The translations under genes were made by a program, and so were the position numbers. A stretch of DNA of 64,000 nt. Source: the human T2T-CHM13v2.0 reference genome, Homo sapiens. The notes beneath the pieces are model-generated. The model saw only the letters and a program-made list of their open reading frames with translations, made no database searches and was not told where the DNA came from. Where the stretch lies: the NCBI RefSeq assembly GCF_009914755.1, contig NC_060935.1. One strand, written 5' to 3'. How positions within the stretch are numbered: position 1 is the first letter of the stretch; the number at the start of each line of letters is the position of its first letter. Positions 30,373 through 44,548 of the stretch are shown here, piece by piece.

Positions 30373-30555
30373 ATACTATTTCTCAAGCTTTGCATTTGTC
30401 AGAATCACCTGAAGGTCTTGTTAAAATACAGATAGCCGGGAGCTCCATTTCCAGAGTTTCTTTCTTAGTAGATCTGGGATAAGGCTTGATAATTTGCTTT
30501 TCTAAAAAATTCCTAGCTGGTGATGCTGCTACTAGTTTGGGAACTACTGCCCTAG
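30373..30555. mobile_element. MER5A
   Basis: 'tcagaatcacctgaaggtcttgttaaaatacagat', 'aatttgcttttctaa', 'tttgggaactactgcccta'. Confidence 0.8.
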
Positions 30556-30654
30556 TAAACATGCTGCCCTAAAAGAAAGGGAAAACAATTCATAATTTTT
30601 ATATTCCTCAAACTAGTATGCCATATTTTAAAACAAATGAATGAACACGATGAT

Positions 30655-31160
30655 AATAACACTATTGAGATTTACTTGGCACTTATTCCTGGTCCTGTGC
30701 AATAGGTCATTTAATTTTCTCAAGAATCCTCCCAGGTAAGTATTTTTATTACCTCCATTTTAGAGGTGAGAAAACTGAACAGAAGAGTGGTTAAGTAAGT
30801 ACCCTGAAGTTACATGGATAATCAAAGACAGAGCTAAAATTTGGATACAGGCACTCTGACTCCAGAGCATAGGCTTGACACATGATCTATGCATACACCT
30901 CTCAAATAGAAATTTTTAATTGTGGCAATAAAATAAGCATTAGGGTCAGATAGACTTGAATGAAACCCAAATTTCACAACACTTACAAACTATAAGTGAC
31001 AGACTTACTAGTTTTTTTAAAAAAATTTATTTTCTTGATCAGTCAAATGGGGCTAATAACACTTATTTTTGTAGGAATGTTAAAAAATAAAATCAAATAA
31101 TGTATATAAACACTTAGATAAAGGTATAGCATATATGGGTGGTCTACAAATTGGAACCAT
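30655..31160. mobile_element. Two MIR elements in opposite orientation
   Basis: MIR core 'ctccattttagaggtgagaaaactga' (~30755) and reverse-type core 'gtcaaatggggctaataac' (~31045). Confidence 0.7.
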
Positions 31161-31981
31161 TATCTGCTCATATCAACTGTAACTCCAGACCCATCAAGAA
31201 TTAACTTCTCAATTTGTGATTTACCATTCATCCATTCAATTTTCACAAGTTAAATAATTCTTATGAAACAAGCCTTCATATTTTTCAAGAGCTAAAGGAA
31301 AAAATTATAAATTTATAAACTAGTAGCATTCTATAACACTGGTGATGAACTGGATTCAAATGAAGACCAGACGACTCTGATAGGTAGACTGTGTTTGCCA
31401 ATTCAGGTTTGCGGATTTCTGTTGGAGTTCTATTTACAGCAGCCCCTTTGCCTACCCACTTCAAGTGACAGCTCAGGACCTGTGTATCTAGTCTTTTAGG
31501 ACAAATGCCTTTTTGAATTTTGGTATTGCTGAGAAATAGGCAGTGTAACCTATTGAACAGTTGCCTCAACCTTTGAAGTGCTGAATCCATCTGTGGAGAG
31601 AGTTTTTACTTGACTCCTTTGGCTGCAGTAAATTCTCCATATGGTTCACTGCAGCACTGCAGATGTAGTGCTACCAAGTGTGTGATTCATATCTGCAGAT
31701 AGTGTGGAGAGATTTCCATAGCAACAGGCCACTGAAAAACGAGAAAATGAGGAGTCAAAGTTACATAACAGGATTTTTTTTTATTGTTTTTTGTTCATTT
31801 GCTGAAAGGGCAACTGCTTTGTATTTCTCAAGAATTTCAATAAGGTAATATACTGGATTTAATAATTACATTAAAAATTAATTTCCCCTGTAGATTATGC
31901 CACAAAAAAGGAACACAGACTCTCAAAAGTACCTGAACTTTTGTCTCTCAGTTAATTGAATTACAAGTTAGGATCTCTTGG

Positions 31982-32103
31982 ATATATATATATATATGTG
32001 TATATATATATATGTGTGTGTGTGTATATATATATATACGTGTATGTATATATATGTGTATATATATATATGTATATATGTGTGTGTGTATATATATATA
32101 TAT
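31982..32103. repeat. (TA)n/(TG)n compound microsatellite
   Basis: Direct inspection. Confidence 0.95.
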
Positions 32104-33855
32104 CCATCCATATTAGAATCCAGGCACTGAAATGAAAAACAGTCTCTATCTTCGAGAAGCTCTAAGCCTATTAAGGAAGAAAGAAACACAAGCAAATATA
32201 TTCAACATTGATAGATACTGTGTTATGGGCAGCAGCAGGACTGCTCCTATTGGTTGGTTATACAGGAGGCCAATTTTATGGATCAACCCTCCTGCTGAAA
32301 TATCCTAAAAAATTCTGGATAAGATATTAAAAATAAGTTTACATTATTAATAAGCTCTCAGGGAAGTAAGCAGTTCTCAGATCAGGCACTGATAAAGAAT
32401 GGAAACTCAAAGAACTAATTGCTATTCTTAGTGCTCTGCAGCTGGCGTTCACTCTAAGGACAATTGCCAAACCATGTAAGCTTGCATTTCGGTTTTCATG
32501 GACTGATGGAGTGAAAGAGACAGGAAACCAAGCCTGATGTCTGCCAAAGGCAGGAAACCAAGTAGATTTCTCTGGCAAAACTAGGTCCTCGGGAGTGTAA
32601 GGACCTCTTCAATATAAGGATGAGCCAAAACAAACCAATAAAATCTTTCTTAGTGTCCTGAAGAAACAATTGTCTTTTAATAACAATAAAATGAGCTCCA
32701 AATGAAAAATGACAGTGTGAAAATTGAGAAACCTAACATAGTACTTGCCCAGATTTTCAATCTATAATCTCACCATCTGGTTCAAAAGAAACAAAGCCAC
32801 ATATTTAAATCAGAGTGGTCAAGAATTGGCAACATTTGGCAAATCAAAGGCAAATCAAACTCGGCAGTCTTCACCTTTTCCCAGGTCTCAAATGATTTTC
32901 ATGCATGAAACTCTAAGGAAAATAAGCTTATGAAAATGAACTAAATTCACTAGGAAATGAGGTACTGTGAATAAGAACCAGCATTAAAGAACAGCAAACA
33001 AAATTTTATAAAATCATCACATAATAAAATAATCAGATCCAAATTATAAAATAACTCTCTAATATGCTTAAAGAAAAAAAGTTTAAAAACATGTATAGTG
33101 AATAAGGAATAGAATCAGTGACCATACTGGGAATAGTTTAAATAGCACAGGTAGCTTTGTAGCATATTAGAGAGAGAAGAATAAAAATTTAGTAAAGTAG
33201 AATATGGTTCTAAAGAAATTATCTGAAACTAGTATGAAGCAATGAGATGGAATATTTAAAAGGGAAGCAAGGATACATGGATGTTGGAGTAAGACAATCC
33301 AACATACATATCATCAGGGTTCCAAGAGGAGAAAAGGGAGGAACAGAAGCAATATTGGAATGAGTTTAGGCTGAGAATTTTCCAGCAGAAATAAAAGTCC
33401 AATCCACATTTTTTTTAAGTCCAATAAATCACAAGTAGGACTTTTAAAAAGCCGGGCACATTATATTTAAACCAAGGGAAATAAAGAACAAAGCACATTT
33501 TAAAAGCAGGCAGGCAGAAATGATAGACTACTTCGAAAGTAGTAATACAAGAAGAGTTGATTTTGCAGAAGCAACCACAGATGCTAGAATAATATGTTCA
33601 ATGTATTGAGAGAAAATAACTGTTGGCCTAGAATTCTACACTCATTAGAAGTATGTCTGAAAAACAAGAGTGGAACAAAGGAATTTTCAGACGAACAAAA
33701 CTTAAGTTTACCAGCAATGACTCTCTATAAAAAAATTCTTAAGGATATTTTTAAGGCAGAAGAAAATTCTTCTCAAATGTAACTGCAAGAAGCCAAAGCA
33801 AAGTAGTAAATTTGTGACTAAGTCTAAACAAGCACTGCTTATAAAGTATAATGAA

Positions 33856-34153
33856 GGCTGGGCACAGTGGCTCAGGCCTGTAATCCTAGCACTTTGGGAG
33901 GCCGAGGCGGGTAGATCACCTGAGGTCAGGAGTTTGAGACCAGCCTGGCCAACATGACAAAACCCCATCTCTACTCAAAATACAAAAAATTATCTGGGCA
34001 TGGTGGTGGGTACCTGTAATCTCAGCTACTTGGGAGACTAAGGCAGGAGAATCGCTTGCACCCGGTGGGCAGAGATTGCAGTGAGCCGAGATCCCGCCAC
34101 TTCACTCCACCCTGGGCGAAAGAGCGACACTCCGTCTTAAAAAAAAAAAAAAA
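33856..34153 (+). mobile_element. AluS (Sx/Sq-type)
   Basis: 'gatcacctgaggtcaggagtttgagaccagcctggccaacatg'; poly(A) 34139-34153. Confidence 0.95.
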
Positions 34154-34604
34154 GGATAATACAGTATTGGGGATTCAAAAATAAAGGTGAAATACATTAT
34201 AATAATATTATATAAGCTGGAGAAATTGTGAATGGAATTAAGGTGTTTTATGGCTTTTGTATTTCTTAGCAGGTGAAAAAAACTGATTAATTTTAAACTT
34301 TGAGAAGTATGCCTCTTCTAATTACTGCAGTAACCATTTCAAACACAAAGTTGAAATAAAACACATTACTTCCAAATTAAAACAGGGACTAAAATAAGAA
34401 AAAAATACCAGAACAATTCAAGAGAAACCAAAAAGTGTAAGAAAAAAAAAATGTCATCCAGGTGAGATAAGTAGAAAGCACAAAATACAATAGTAGAAAT
34501 AAATCCAAAATACATAAAAAATTGTTATTCTCTATAATTTAACAAAATATTACAGTTCAAAGCAAAAAATTGTCAGAGTGGATTAAAACAATCCAAGTAC
34601 AAGC

Positions 34605-35105
34605 ATGTATTAGATAATGATTGCTACATAAAAACTGCCCAAAAACGTAGTGTCTAAAAGCAACATACATTTTTACTTTACAGTTTCTGTGGGCCAAGAA
34701 TCTGGGAATGTCTTTGCAGATGGTTCTTGGTCAGGGTCTCTCACAAGGCTTCAAACCATGTGTTGACAGGTATAGTCATCTCAATGCTCAACTGTGAATG
34801 AATCCTTTTTGAAGGACCTCAGAAGGACTTACTAGCCTCAGAAGATTTTCCAGCTTACTCAAGTGAAACTCTCACAGTGCTATCTTACCATAGACAGCTG
34901 GCTTTCCCCAGGGCAAGCAATCCAAAAGAGAGTAAGAGAGAACACTTAAAGCACAAGCCACAGTCTTTTTATAACCTAATCACTTCCTTCATATTTAGTT
35001 CATTAGAAGTGAGTCAGTTTAAGTCCAGTCTATATACAAGGGAAGGATATTACATAAGAGAAGTAAATCAGGAGGCAGAGATCATTGGAGGTTGCCTACC
35101 CACAT
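34605..35105 (-). mobile_element. MLT1 (F/G-like) MaLR LTR
   Basis: 'cagtttctgtgggccaagaatctggga', 'cagtctttttataacctaat', end 'gttgcctacccaca'. Confidence 0.7.
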
Positions 35106-37265
35106 GATTTTTTAACAGGACACATCTAAAACATAAGGAAATAGAAAGAATGAAAAATGACAAACCAGAAAGGAAACTAATGCAATTATAGTAGAATCAG
35201 GTAAAATAGACATTAATACAAAAAGCATTACCAAAATTAGGGAATTACTTTATAATGATAAAAAGTTAATTATAACAGGGAGATGAAAAATATTAAAGTC
35301 TTGTTAAATGACATCACAGCCTCAAAGTATATAATCCAAAACTTGACGAACCTACAAAGAAAAACAGACAAATCTCCAATCATTATAGACAAAAGAGTTA
35401 ATAGATAGATTTGAGTCATGTAATTAAGAAACTTGATTAGCAGACATACATAAAAACTGTAAATAGCTGCCTTAAACTCATGTGAAAGATTTACAAAATA
35501 TGTGATACTTGTATACTGAAAACCAGAAAACATTGGTCAATTAAATTTTTGAAAAATCTAATTAAATGGAGGGATATACCAGGTTCGTAGATTAAAAAAC
35601 TGAATATTGTTAAAATAATAATTCTCCCCAAATTCAGCTATAGATTAAATATAAGCCCAGTTAAAATCCCAGCATTTTTTTTTTTTGGTAAAAGTTGAGT
35701 TGTTTCTAAAATATATATGAAAATTCAATGGATGTAGAACTGCTAAAACACATTTTTAAAAGAAAAAATTTCCTTTTACACTAATCTATTTCAAGGATTA
35801 GTAGAAAGCTTCAGTAATTGAGATAGTGTGGCATTATCTAACATAAGAATAGAAATATGGATCAATGGAACAGAATAGAAAGTTCAGAAATATATCCACA
35901 TGTCAATTGATTTTTGACAAAGTTGCTAATGTCATTCAATTTGGAAAGTAAAGTTTTTTTTCAACAAATGGAACGCAAATGGTCGTAGCAATTTTATTCA
36001 TAGTAGCCAAATTAAACACTGAAAACCACCCAAATGCTCATCAATAGATGAACCGACAAATAAAATATGATATGTTCATACAATGGAATACTATTCAGCA
36101 ATAAAAAGGAACACAGATGATTTTTAAGAAGAATATACAGAGTGAAAGAGGCTAGACTCAGATAAGTACATATTATATAATATCATAGAAAGCTAGTACA
36201 CAATGTCTGTGAAGATATGCCAACAAGACACATTCAATTTCACATTGCTATATTTAAACAGCTCATGAAATTAAAGGCTTTAGTTTTTGTTTTATTTTGG
36301 AAAAAATATTGAAGTTTTTGTTGAAAGATGAGGATTAGTTAAAAGCATGTAAAAAGAGCAATTTGCCTCCAAAATCCTCCTCCCCATCTCTGTGCAGACA
36401 GATTGCCATCCCTTCCCCAGCATGGTGGGAGGGATGTTTATAACTGCATAGGTGAAGATGAATCACTGCACTAGGATTAAGAGAAAAGTCTACATGTTGA
36501 GCAGTGAGACTATCAACTGCCTTCCCTCTGAACAGTAAGAGAAATTGGCCCACTAGAAAATATCTACAGATGCTAATATTTGGAGGCTTTCCAGAAAACA
36601 TTTGGGTCTCTGCCTTATTACCCCACATATCACATACCCCAAGGTGCAAATCAATTATATAAGGCCTCCTTCTAAATCTAAATCAATGATCAAGAAACCC
36701 TATACATGTGTATAATTACAGGTACTAAAATAAAAGTCAGAAAAATGAACATAAAATGTACTTGGAGGAAACATACAAAGTTAGAAGAACAAGAAAGCTT
36801 AAAATAAAAAACTGTAATTGACAGTTCGGAGACAGAAGGAAGCTATCGAATCCACTAAAAAATCATATCAGTATCCAAAAAGACACTAAGAGATTAAGAG
36901 AGAGCTTCTGGAAATTTAAAATGAAGCAAATAAAATAATTACATAGAAGAATTGAAAGAGAAAGCTGAATAAATGTCCAAGAAAGAATTAACAAATAGAT
37001 GGAAAACAGGTGGAAAAAATAGAAGTAAATTGGAGGATCATTCCAGGAGGTCCAAAATGCAGGAGATTTCTATGCAGAAGCCTAGAGACACTAGAGGTGA
37101 GGACTGTGAAAAAAGAAAGTTAAACTTTCCCAGTAATCAAGAACATGTATTTCCAGATTAAAAGAGCCTATCAAGTACCTAACACTGCAAAAGATGAAGG
37201 ACCACCAGTAAGGCACATACATCATTGTGAAATTTCAGAACACCTGGAATGAAGAACACTTTTGA

Positions 37266-37328
37266 AAGAGAGAGAGAGAGAGTGAGTGTGTGTGTGTGTA
37301 TGTGTGTGTGTGTGAGAGAGAGAGAGAG
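37266..37328. repeat. (GA)n-(GT)n-(GA)n compound microsatellite
   Basis: Direct inspection. Confidence 0.9.
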
Positions 37329-37597
37329 AATGAATCAAGAATAGCATCGAACTTCCCAACACCAACAACTCTGGAAGCTAGAAGGCAATGGAGCCTTCTG
37401 GAAGACCAATTATTTCCATCAAGAATCCTACATCTAGTCATTCAGTTAAATTATATAGTAAAATAAAGGAATTATCAGACATGCATTATCTCCTGTGCAC
37501 CTGTTATAAAACAATCAGAATATTAGTGAAAATGAAGGAACAAATTAAGAAAGGAAGGAGTTCAGAAAAAAGAGTCCTCATTGACTATTAGGGATGC

Positions 37598-37974
37598 TGT
37601 GTTAGTTTGCTAGGGCTGCCATAACAAAATAACACACACTGGGTAACTTAAACAACAGAAATATCTTTTCTCACAGTATTGGAGGTGGGAAGTCCTTAAG
37701 GTGCCAGCAGGGTTGGCTTCCTCGAAGTCCCTCTTCTTGTCTCTTCACTTGGCTGTCCCTTTAAGCACACATAGCCCTGGTGTCTGCTTGTATGTGGTTA
37801 TCTCCTTCTCTTGGAAGGAAACCAGTGCAGTTGGACTAGGGCCACCCTTATGGCCTCATTTTAATTTAACTACCTCTGGAAAGATGCTATCTCAAAATAA
37901 TGTCATATATTGAAGAATCTGGGGTTAGGGCTTCAACATATGAATTTTTGGTGAACACAACTCAGTCTATAACA
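37598..37974 (-). mobile_element. MLT1A/B MaLR solo LTR
   Basis: 'tgtgttagtttgctagggctgccataacaaaat' ... 'ggggttagggcttcaacatatgaattttt...cagtctataaca'. Confidence 0.88.
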
Positions 37975-40194
37975 AAGGCCTAAAGAGGGAAGCAGTCCTG
38001 GGTAAGGCTGGAGGACAAGGAGTTTGGAAGGATGTAGAGAAAAAGTGGAGAGATTATTGATTGTATATGCTGTCAAGAGGTGATTGACTCTTTCATGGGA
38101 GATTTTGAGAAAAAGCAGTAATAGGGACATCATTTTTAAACAAATCATTAAACAGTTAACTTCAGAGGACTAAATGTGTACAAAATAGTCATACTAAACT
38201 ACATAGTTTAGCTATAAATTATATTTACATTGTTACAATAATAAAAAATAAATGGTGGTTTAATTAAAAATTGTATAATATAACTGTTTTGGGAAGATGA
38301 AGAAAAATATTGGGAAATTGGGTAGTAGTGCAAGAATGAAGTCTCTATCCTCCATAGTAGAAAGACAATAGATGTTTAAAATGGTAAAAGTGAGTGATAA
38401 CATAGTCATGTTATTTAGAAATATGAAGGTATATAATACGAGAATCAATGAAAAGTTTTGAAAATGATATCCCCTAGGGATGAGGATTCAGTGGTAGGAG
38501 TAACAGGAAATAGGACTATGTACATATCTTTGTTTGATAAAATGAATTTAATGTGGATGGTCAGAACAATATTACATTGCTTTCTTTATTTTAGATTATA
38601 AGATTATGCATATTTATTGTAAAAAATTTGAAAAATAAAGGTGCCAAAAGAAAATATTTCATCATTAATGTAGTTAATGCACACACATGCTGCACTTGCT
38701 ATTTTATAATCTTTTATTACTTAAAAGCATATGGTGATTTTACTGTGACATTGCTTTTTATATATTTTTTTAAAAAATAAAAATGCAAAGAAATCCAAAG
38801 AAGAAAAATACTAACTCTCCTTGGAAAAGACAGGAAGTGACATTTAACTGGGTCTTAACATATAATAATAAAATGATTGAGCTCTTTCTGAGTCAGTCAA
38901 TTTGCTAACTGCTTTACATACATCATATTATTTAGTTCTCCTAATAACTCTTAAATTTCCATTATAAATCTCAATTATACAGAGTAGGAAACTACGGCTT
39001 GGCAAGAATTTTGTTCAAGTTCATTTGGCTAATAAATGACAGTGCTAGAACTTTAAATACCACAACCACCAGGTAAAAAGTGCTGTGGGTGTTGGTCTAG
39101 AACACACCCAGATAACCAGCCTCCCTGACTCCAAGGCCTGGGTCATTAACCTCTTCACCATACTCAGTAGCTGGGTAAGTGAAGGAAGAGGGGAGGACAC
39201 TGTTGACAGAATAAATTATATATAGAATAGAAGAGTGAGGACTTCAGGCCTGGTTTGAGCCTGACATTTCTTTTTCCTGTGTGGATATCATGGTATTTGT
39301 GGACAGGGATTTGGCTGAAAAGTTTAATTGAGGTAACAATAAGGAGTACCTTGCCTAACATGGACTTCTATCAACAAGCCTCTGGTCGTCAAACAGGGAC
39401 ATCCATACCAGTGATGAACATCAATGTGAAAGGAGTCATCAGTCTTAACTGGTTAGTAAGTAATTTAAAACATTAATTCTATATGATAACAAATATAAAT
39501 ATATCATGGAGTAGAATGGAAAACTTATGAATTTTTAAGTTGAAGCTGAAGACTTCAAAGTTTTTATTTTTATTTTTTTTATTTTTTTTTCTTTTGGCTG
39601 GCTTTTATGACAATCTTGTGGATCTCAAGGGTCTAGGTTTGATTCTCTCTCATTAGGAGCTCTTTATTGGAAAGTTTTAAAGTAGTACTCTATGAACAAT
39701 AAGAATCTGATTGAGAATAACATGATTGATCAGATTTGTTTAAAATGTTATTTCCCCCTAAGGAAATATCATAATGCATAACCATAGTAACAACAAAAAT
39801 GCAATCATGGCTTTTCTTTTACTGAACCTAGACTGAAAATATATTAATTTTCACTGATAGTGTTGATTTAGGAAGAATATTAATGAGTGAGAGCCATAGA
39901 AATAAAAAAATCTCCAAATCCATATTACTATAATATAAACTGACCTGTCTCAGAATATTTCTTGACACGGTTAGCCTGTTTTCCCAATGCTAAAATAATC
40001 AGTTCACCTGGAGACCAGAATTACATGGAGAACTTCAGACAAAACTCATCAGCACACTGAATTTATCTCTTCTCAAACAGAGATTCTGGCAACCTATAGA
40101 AGCTGCTCTAAACTGTACCTTACGAAATAGCGAAGGAAGTTGTCTGTTGTAGTTAGATTTCTAGAGGGAAAAAGATAAGATTAAAAACTGACAG

Positions 40195-40455
40195 CTTCTA
40201 AATGCAGTGTAGTATTCTGGATTGGATCTTAGAACACAAAAAGAACATTAGTGGAAAACTGGTGAAATTCAAATACAGCCAGGAGTTTAACTAATAGTAA
40301 TTTACCAGTGTTGGTTTCTTAGTTTTGACAAATGTATATGGTAATATTAGTGTTAGCTGAAAGTGGGTGAAAGGTATATGGAAACTCTGTGCTCTATCTT
40401 TGCAACATTTTTGTGAATAAAATTATTCCAAAATAAAACATTTATTAAAAATATT
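40195..40455 (+). mobile_element. L1MC-type 3' end fragment
   Basis: 'ctaaatgcagtgtagtattctggattggatc', 'ttggtttcttagttttgacaaatgta', 'aaattattccaaaataaaa'. Confidence 0.75.
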
Positions 40456-41504
40456 TAAAAACCATTGACTTCAATGTTATGAAAACAGAAATATTTGTTG
40501 ATTTGATACCAAATCCTCAAATAATTTTTAAAACTATTGCGTTATGTTTAAAATTTCAAAAATTTTCACCTTCTTGCTTAGACTATCAAGAATGCCTTGT
40601 TCCTTCAACATTAAGAACTTTGTCATGTTTACTAGATAGATGATCTATTTCCATCAAGATATTTTAAGTTTGATACTCATTTTTAAATCCCCATTCTACT
40701 ACATTTGGCAGTTAAGAATGTTTAAAAGGTATGAGTATCTCTAATCTGTACTGCAGACAATGGGTTTGCATCCTTTCCTCCTGCCATGAAACACATGCAA
40801 TTATGATAGGAAAGCAGTGGTGAGAAGAGGTGTTTTCTGCCTGTTGCATATAGCCAGTGAGTAAGGATGCTAGGGAAGGTAACTAGGTTCTTCTTGCTCA
40901 GAGGGCAAGTGCTGGACAGTGACACTGCAGAGGCTCATCCTGTGCACAAAGGTATGGTCTCCATGCTGTACTTTCTAATCTACCTTTTTTGGGTAATTTA
41001 TTCTTCAGTAATTGCTTATTCACTGACTTTTTCTGTAATTACTTTTTTTCAATTTGTTCATCAGCTTTTCTGATTGCCAAACAATGTGCTTTAAATTTGG
41101 TGAGCTGACTCTGTGATGAATGATTATAAATGCACATATTATTTTTTCTTAAACATTTTTAAAAGCTAATTTATCCACAACTTCCTGTTTGAATATTGCA
41201 GTCATTTAAATAGATTTAGGAAAAGGCAAACTCTATAACAATCTTTAGTGAAAGATACATTTGGGACTTAAAAACTCGAAGGGAATTAATCTCTGATTCA
41301 CCTTGAAAGTACTCTGACAAATATCCTCTCTTTTGCTTCCATGACTACAAAATTCTGATGTTTTCAGATTAACCTAGGATAAAATTATTGTATGCTTTAT
41401 ACATTTTAGAACACTCCTGCAAAGGAGTTGGTATTTCTTAAGATGAGGAAATGGAGGATTAGAAAGGCAAGTAACTACACACATAGAAAATTTAGGGAAG
41501 ATCA

Positions 41505-42018
41505 TTAACTATTGGGTAGTATGATCACCACCTGGGTGATGGGATTAATCGTACTCCAAACCTTAGCATTAAGCAATATACCCATGAAACAAACCTGCAC
41601 ATGTACCCTGTTGTATCAGTTCATTTTCTCACTGCTAGAAAGACATTTCTAGCTATAAATTACCTGAGACTGGGTAATTTATAAAGAAAAGAGGTTTAAT
41701 TGATTCACAGTTCCCCATGGCTGGAGAGGGCTCAGGAACCTTACAATCATGGCAGAAGGGGAAGAGGCAAGTCTTACATGGTGGCAGGGGAGAGAGAGTG
41801 ACCAAGAGCAGGGAGAACTGCCTCATAAAACCATCGGATCTTGTGAGAACTCACTCACTATCACGAGAACAGCATGGGGGAAAATGCTCCCAGGATCCAA
41901 TCACCTCAACACCTAGGGATTACAATTCAGTATGAGATTTGGGTGGAGACACAGGCTTAACTGTATCGCCTCTGAATCTAAAATAAAATACAAGTTTAAA
42001 TTATTTTAAAAAACAAAT
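41505..42018 (+). mobile_element. Extremely 5'-truncated L1PB-type 3' tip (~160 bp) split by a THE1 LTR
   Basis: 'cctgggtgatgggattaatcgtactccaaacc...aaacctgcacatgtaccc' / 'ctgaatctaaaataaa'; perfect 17-bp TSD aaatttagggaagatca (41488-41504, 42019-42035). Confidence 0.88.
41612..41968 (-). mobile_element. THE1 (THE1D-like) MaLR solo LTR
   Basis: 'cctgagactgggtaatttataaagaaaagaggtttaattg', 'ctcactcactatcacgagaacagcatggggg'; 5-bp TSD cctgt/cctct. Confidence 0.9.
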
Positions 42019-42486
42019 AAATTTAGGGAAGATCAGGCAAGAAACTGTGCATAGGAGGTAACTCTCAGCAGTGTGGATAGTGAGGTATAAGGACAGAGGT
42101 GATATTATCTCTCCCTACTTCTGAAATTTCAACTTTACTAATAGCACATATTAATTTAACAATCAAATATCTTCATGAAGCAAAATTACCTAATGATTGC
42201 GAATTTCTTGTTTCTTATGATGTTTGATCTATATACAATGGAATAATTTGTGGGTGTCTTTGCTTCCCAAATTATTTCCTGATTTCTGTCAATTGAATAG
42301 TCAGTTCAGTCAGTACTCCTTTGAATCAATTTTCTGATTTTCCTCTACCAGATTAGCCATCTAATATATTATTATTTTTCAATAATATTCAGACAAGAAT
42401 ACTTATTAAATACTTACTCTGTGCCCAGAATTATATTAGACATTGTGGAAGGTGCAGGATGGTGGTAGAAATAAAAACTAACAATC

Positions 42487-42792
<306 letters not shown>

Positions 42793-43040
42793 CTAATAAT
42801 GGATAATGTTTATTGAGTCCTTGTATGCTAGAGAGCATTTTTAAAGCCTTACATGAATTACCTTATTTTATTTCCCACAACAACCCAATGAAGTAAACTA
42901 TTATAACCCACCATTATATATTATACATTGTACACTATTTATTATATTGTAATATGATGTAGCATAAAATTTAATATAGGATTGATAGATTATAATGATA
43001 TGCTCTAATATCAAATATATTAGATATTACCCATCATTTT

Positions 43041-43394
<354 letters not shown>

Positions 43395-44548
43395 GGAAAT
43401 TACGTTTTAGAGAAATTAAGGAAATTGCCCAAGGTCAAATTGCTGATAAATGACAGGATTTGAATCCAGCACATCAGACGCCAGAGCTTAACTGCTTAAT
43501 TTTTTAGATGGCTTTTTGAGGGGTTTACTACATAGCTGGAGAGAGACAAGATGCACACACCGTACCCCAAAACCCCATCAAAAGCCATACAAAATAGTAT
43601 TAGACAAAAGCCATAGTTTATGCTTAGCCCCATGTCTGTCACTTCAGAGGCATGCATTTTAGGGTTGTGGAATAGACTAAATAAGTGCCAAAGAGCATGG
43701 ATCAGGGCCTCAGTGCTGCAGGAATTCAGATGAGATCAATGAGATGTAGTGTCGCTAAGAAAGGCTTTGTGAAAAAGGTGGACTTTCAAGTTGGGGCATG
43801 GCATTGTTTAGATAGGAAAGCCCAAAAAAGCATGAGCAAAGCCCAAAGGTAACAGTGAGTTGTGGATGTATCTCCATCAGATAGGAGACCATTTGGCTTA
43901 CACAATGAGTACATGCTGAGAAAGGTGAGAAATAAGTCAGAGAGGACAGGGAAGCCCTGAGACTGGTACCTTGGAAGCTTGGCTCAGCAGTCTAGATTTA
44001 ATGTGAGTGATGGTAATAATGGTGACAATAACAATAAATAATAAACAAGCTTTACAGTTGGCCCTATGCTTTCAAAGACATAATCTTAATGTATGTGTTT
44101 GTAGAATATTAATGTGGCAGAAAATGGATTGCAGTAGAGAATGCTTAGATTCAGTGAGGCTCATTAGGACATTACTATTAGCCAGAAGTGCAAAAAGGAG
44201 TTTGAGCTAGGTTCAGGGTAATTAAGGGGACCTGGAGGATGTAATAGCTATTAAATGTCTACTATGTGCCAAAGACATTAAATATGCTGTGTTAATGTTC
44301 AAAAGAAATGTTATATATGACATCTGACATGAGCTGAAGGCCTGGTTCCAACACTTACTAATTGTGTGATATTAGGTAAGCTATTTAAATGTTCACTGCC
44401 TCATTTTTGCAGTAAAATACTTGTTGAGCATCTATCAAATGCCAGCATTGGACTAAGTCTAGGAAAAGAATGGTGAAATAAACAGACACTGTCCTTGTGC
44501 TTATGAAGCTTACACTCTATGAGGAAGACTGATATTAATATGTAAATA

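Larger units (their letters stand above)
32230..36190 (+). mobile_element. Ancient L1M (ORF1-like region, ORF2 pieces, 3' part) with nested Alu and MLT1
   Basis: ORF 33594-33782 resembles degenerate ORF1 C-terminus (FNVLRENNCWPRILHS); ORF2 motifs 'atggatcaatggaacagaatagaaag' and 'caatggaatactattcagcaataaaaagga'. Confidence 0.7.
36560..38520 (+). mobile_element. Very old L1M/L1ME fragments interrupted by MLT1
   Basis: 'catcattgtgaaatttcagaacac', 'gaatcaagaatagcatcgaacttcccaacaccaacaactctggaagctagaaggcaatgg'. Confidence 0.6.

Noticed and set aside
33129-33145. Exact 17-mer gggaatagtttaaatag shared with NUMT tRNA-Pro (26892-26908)
   Set aside because: AT-rich, does not extend, and sits in L1M sequence; one such match is plausible by chance in 64 kb.
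39255-39476. Possible plus-strand exon ending at gttagtaagt
   Set aside because: No convincing acceptor and no recognisable peptide.
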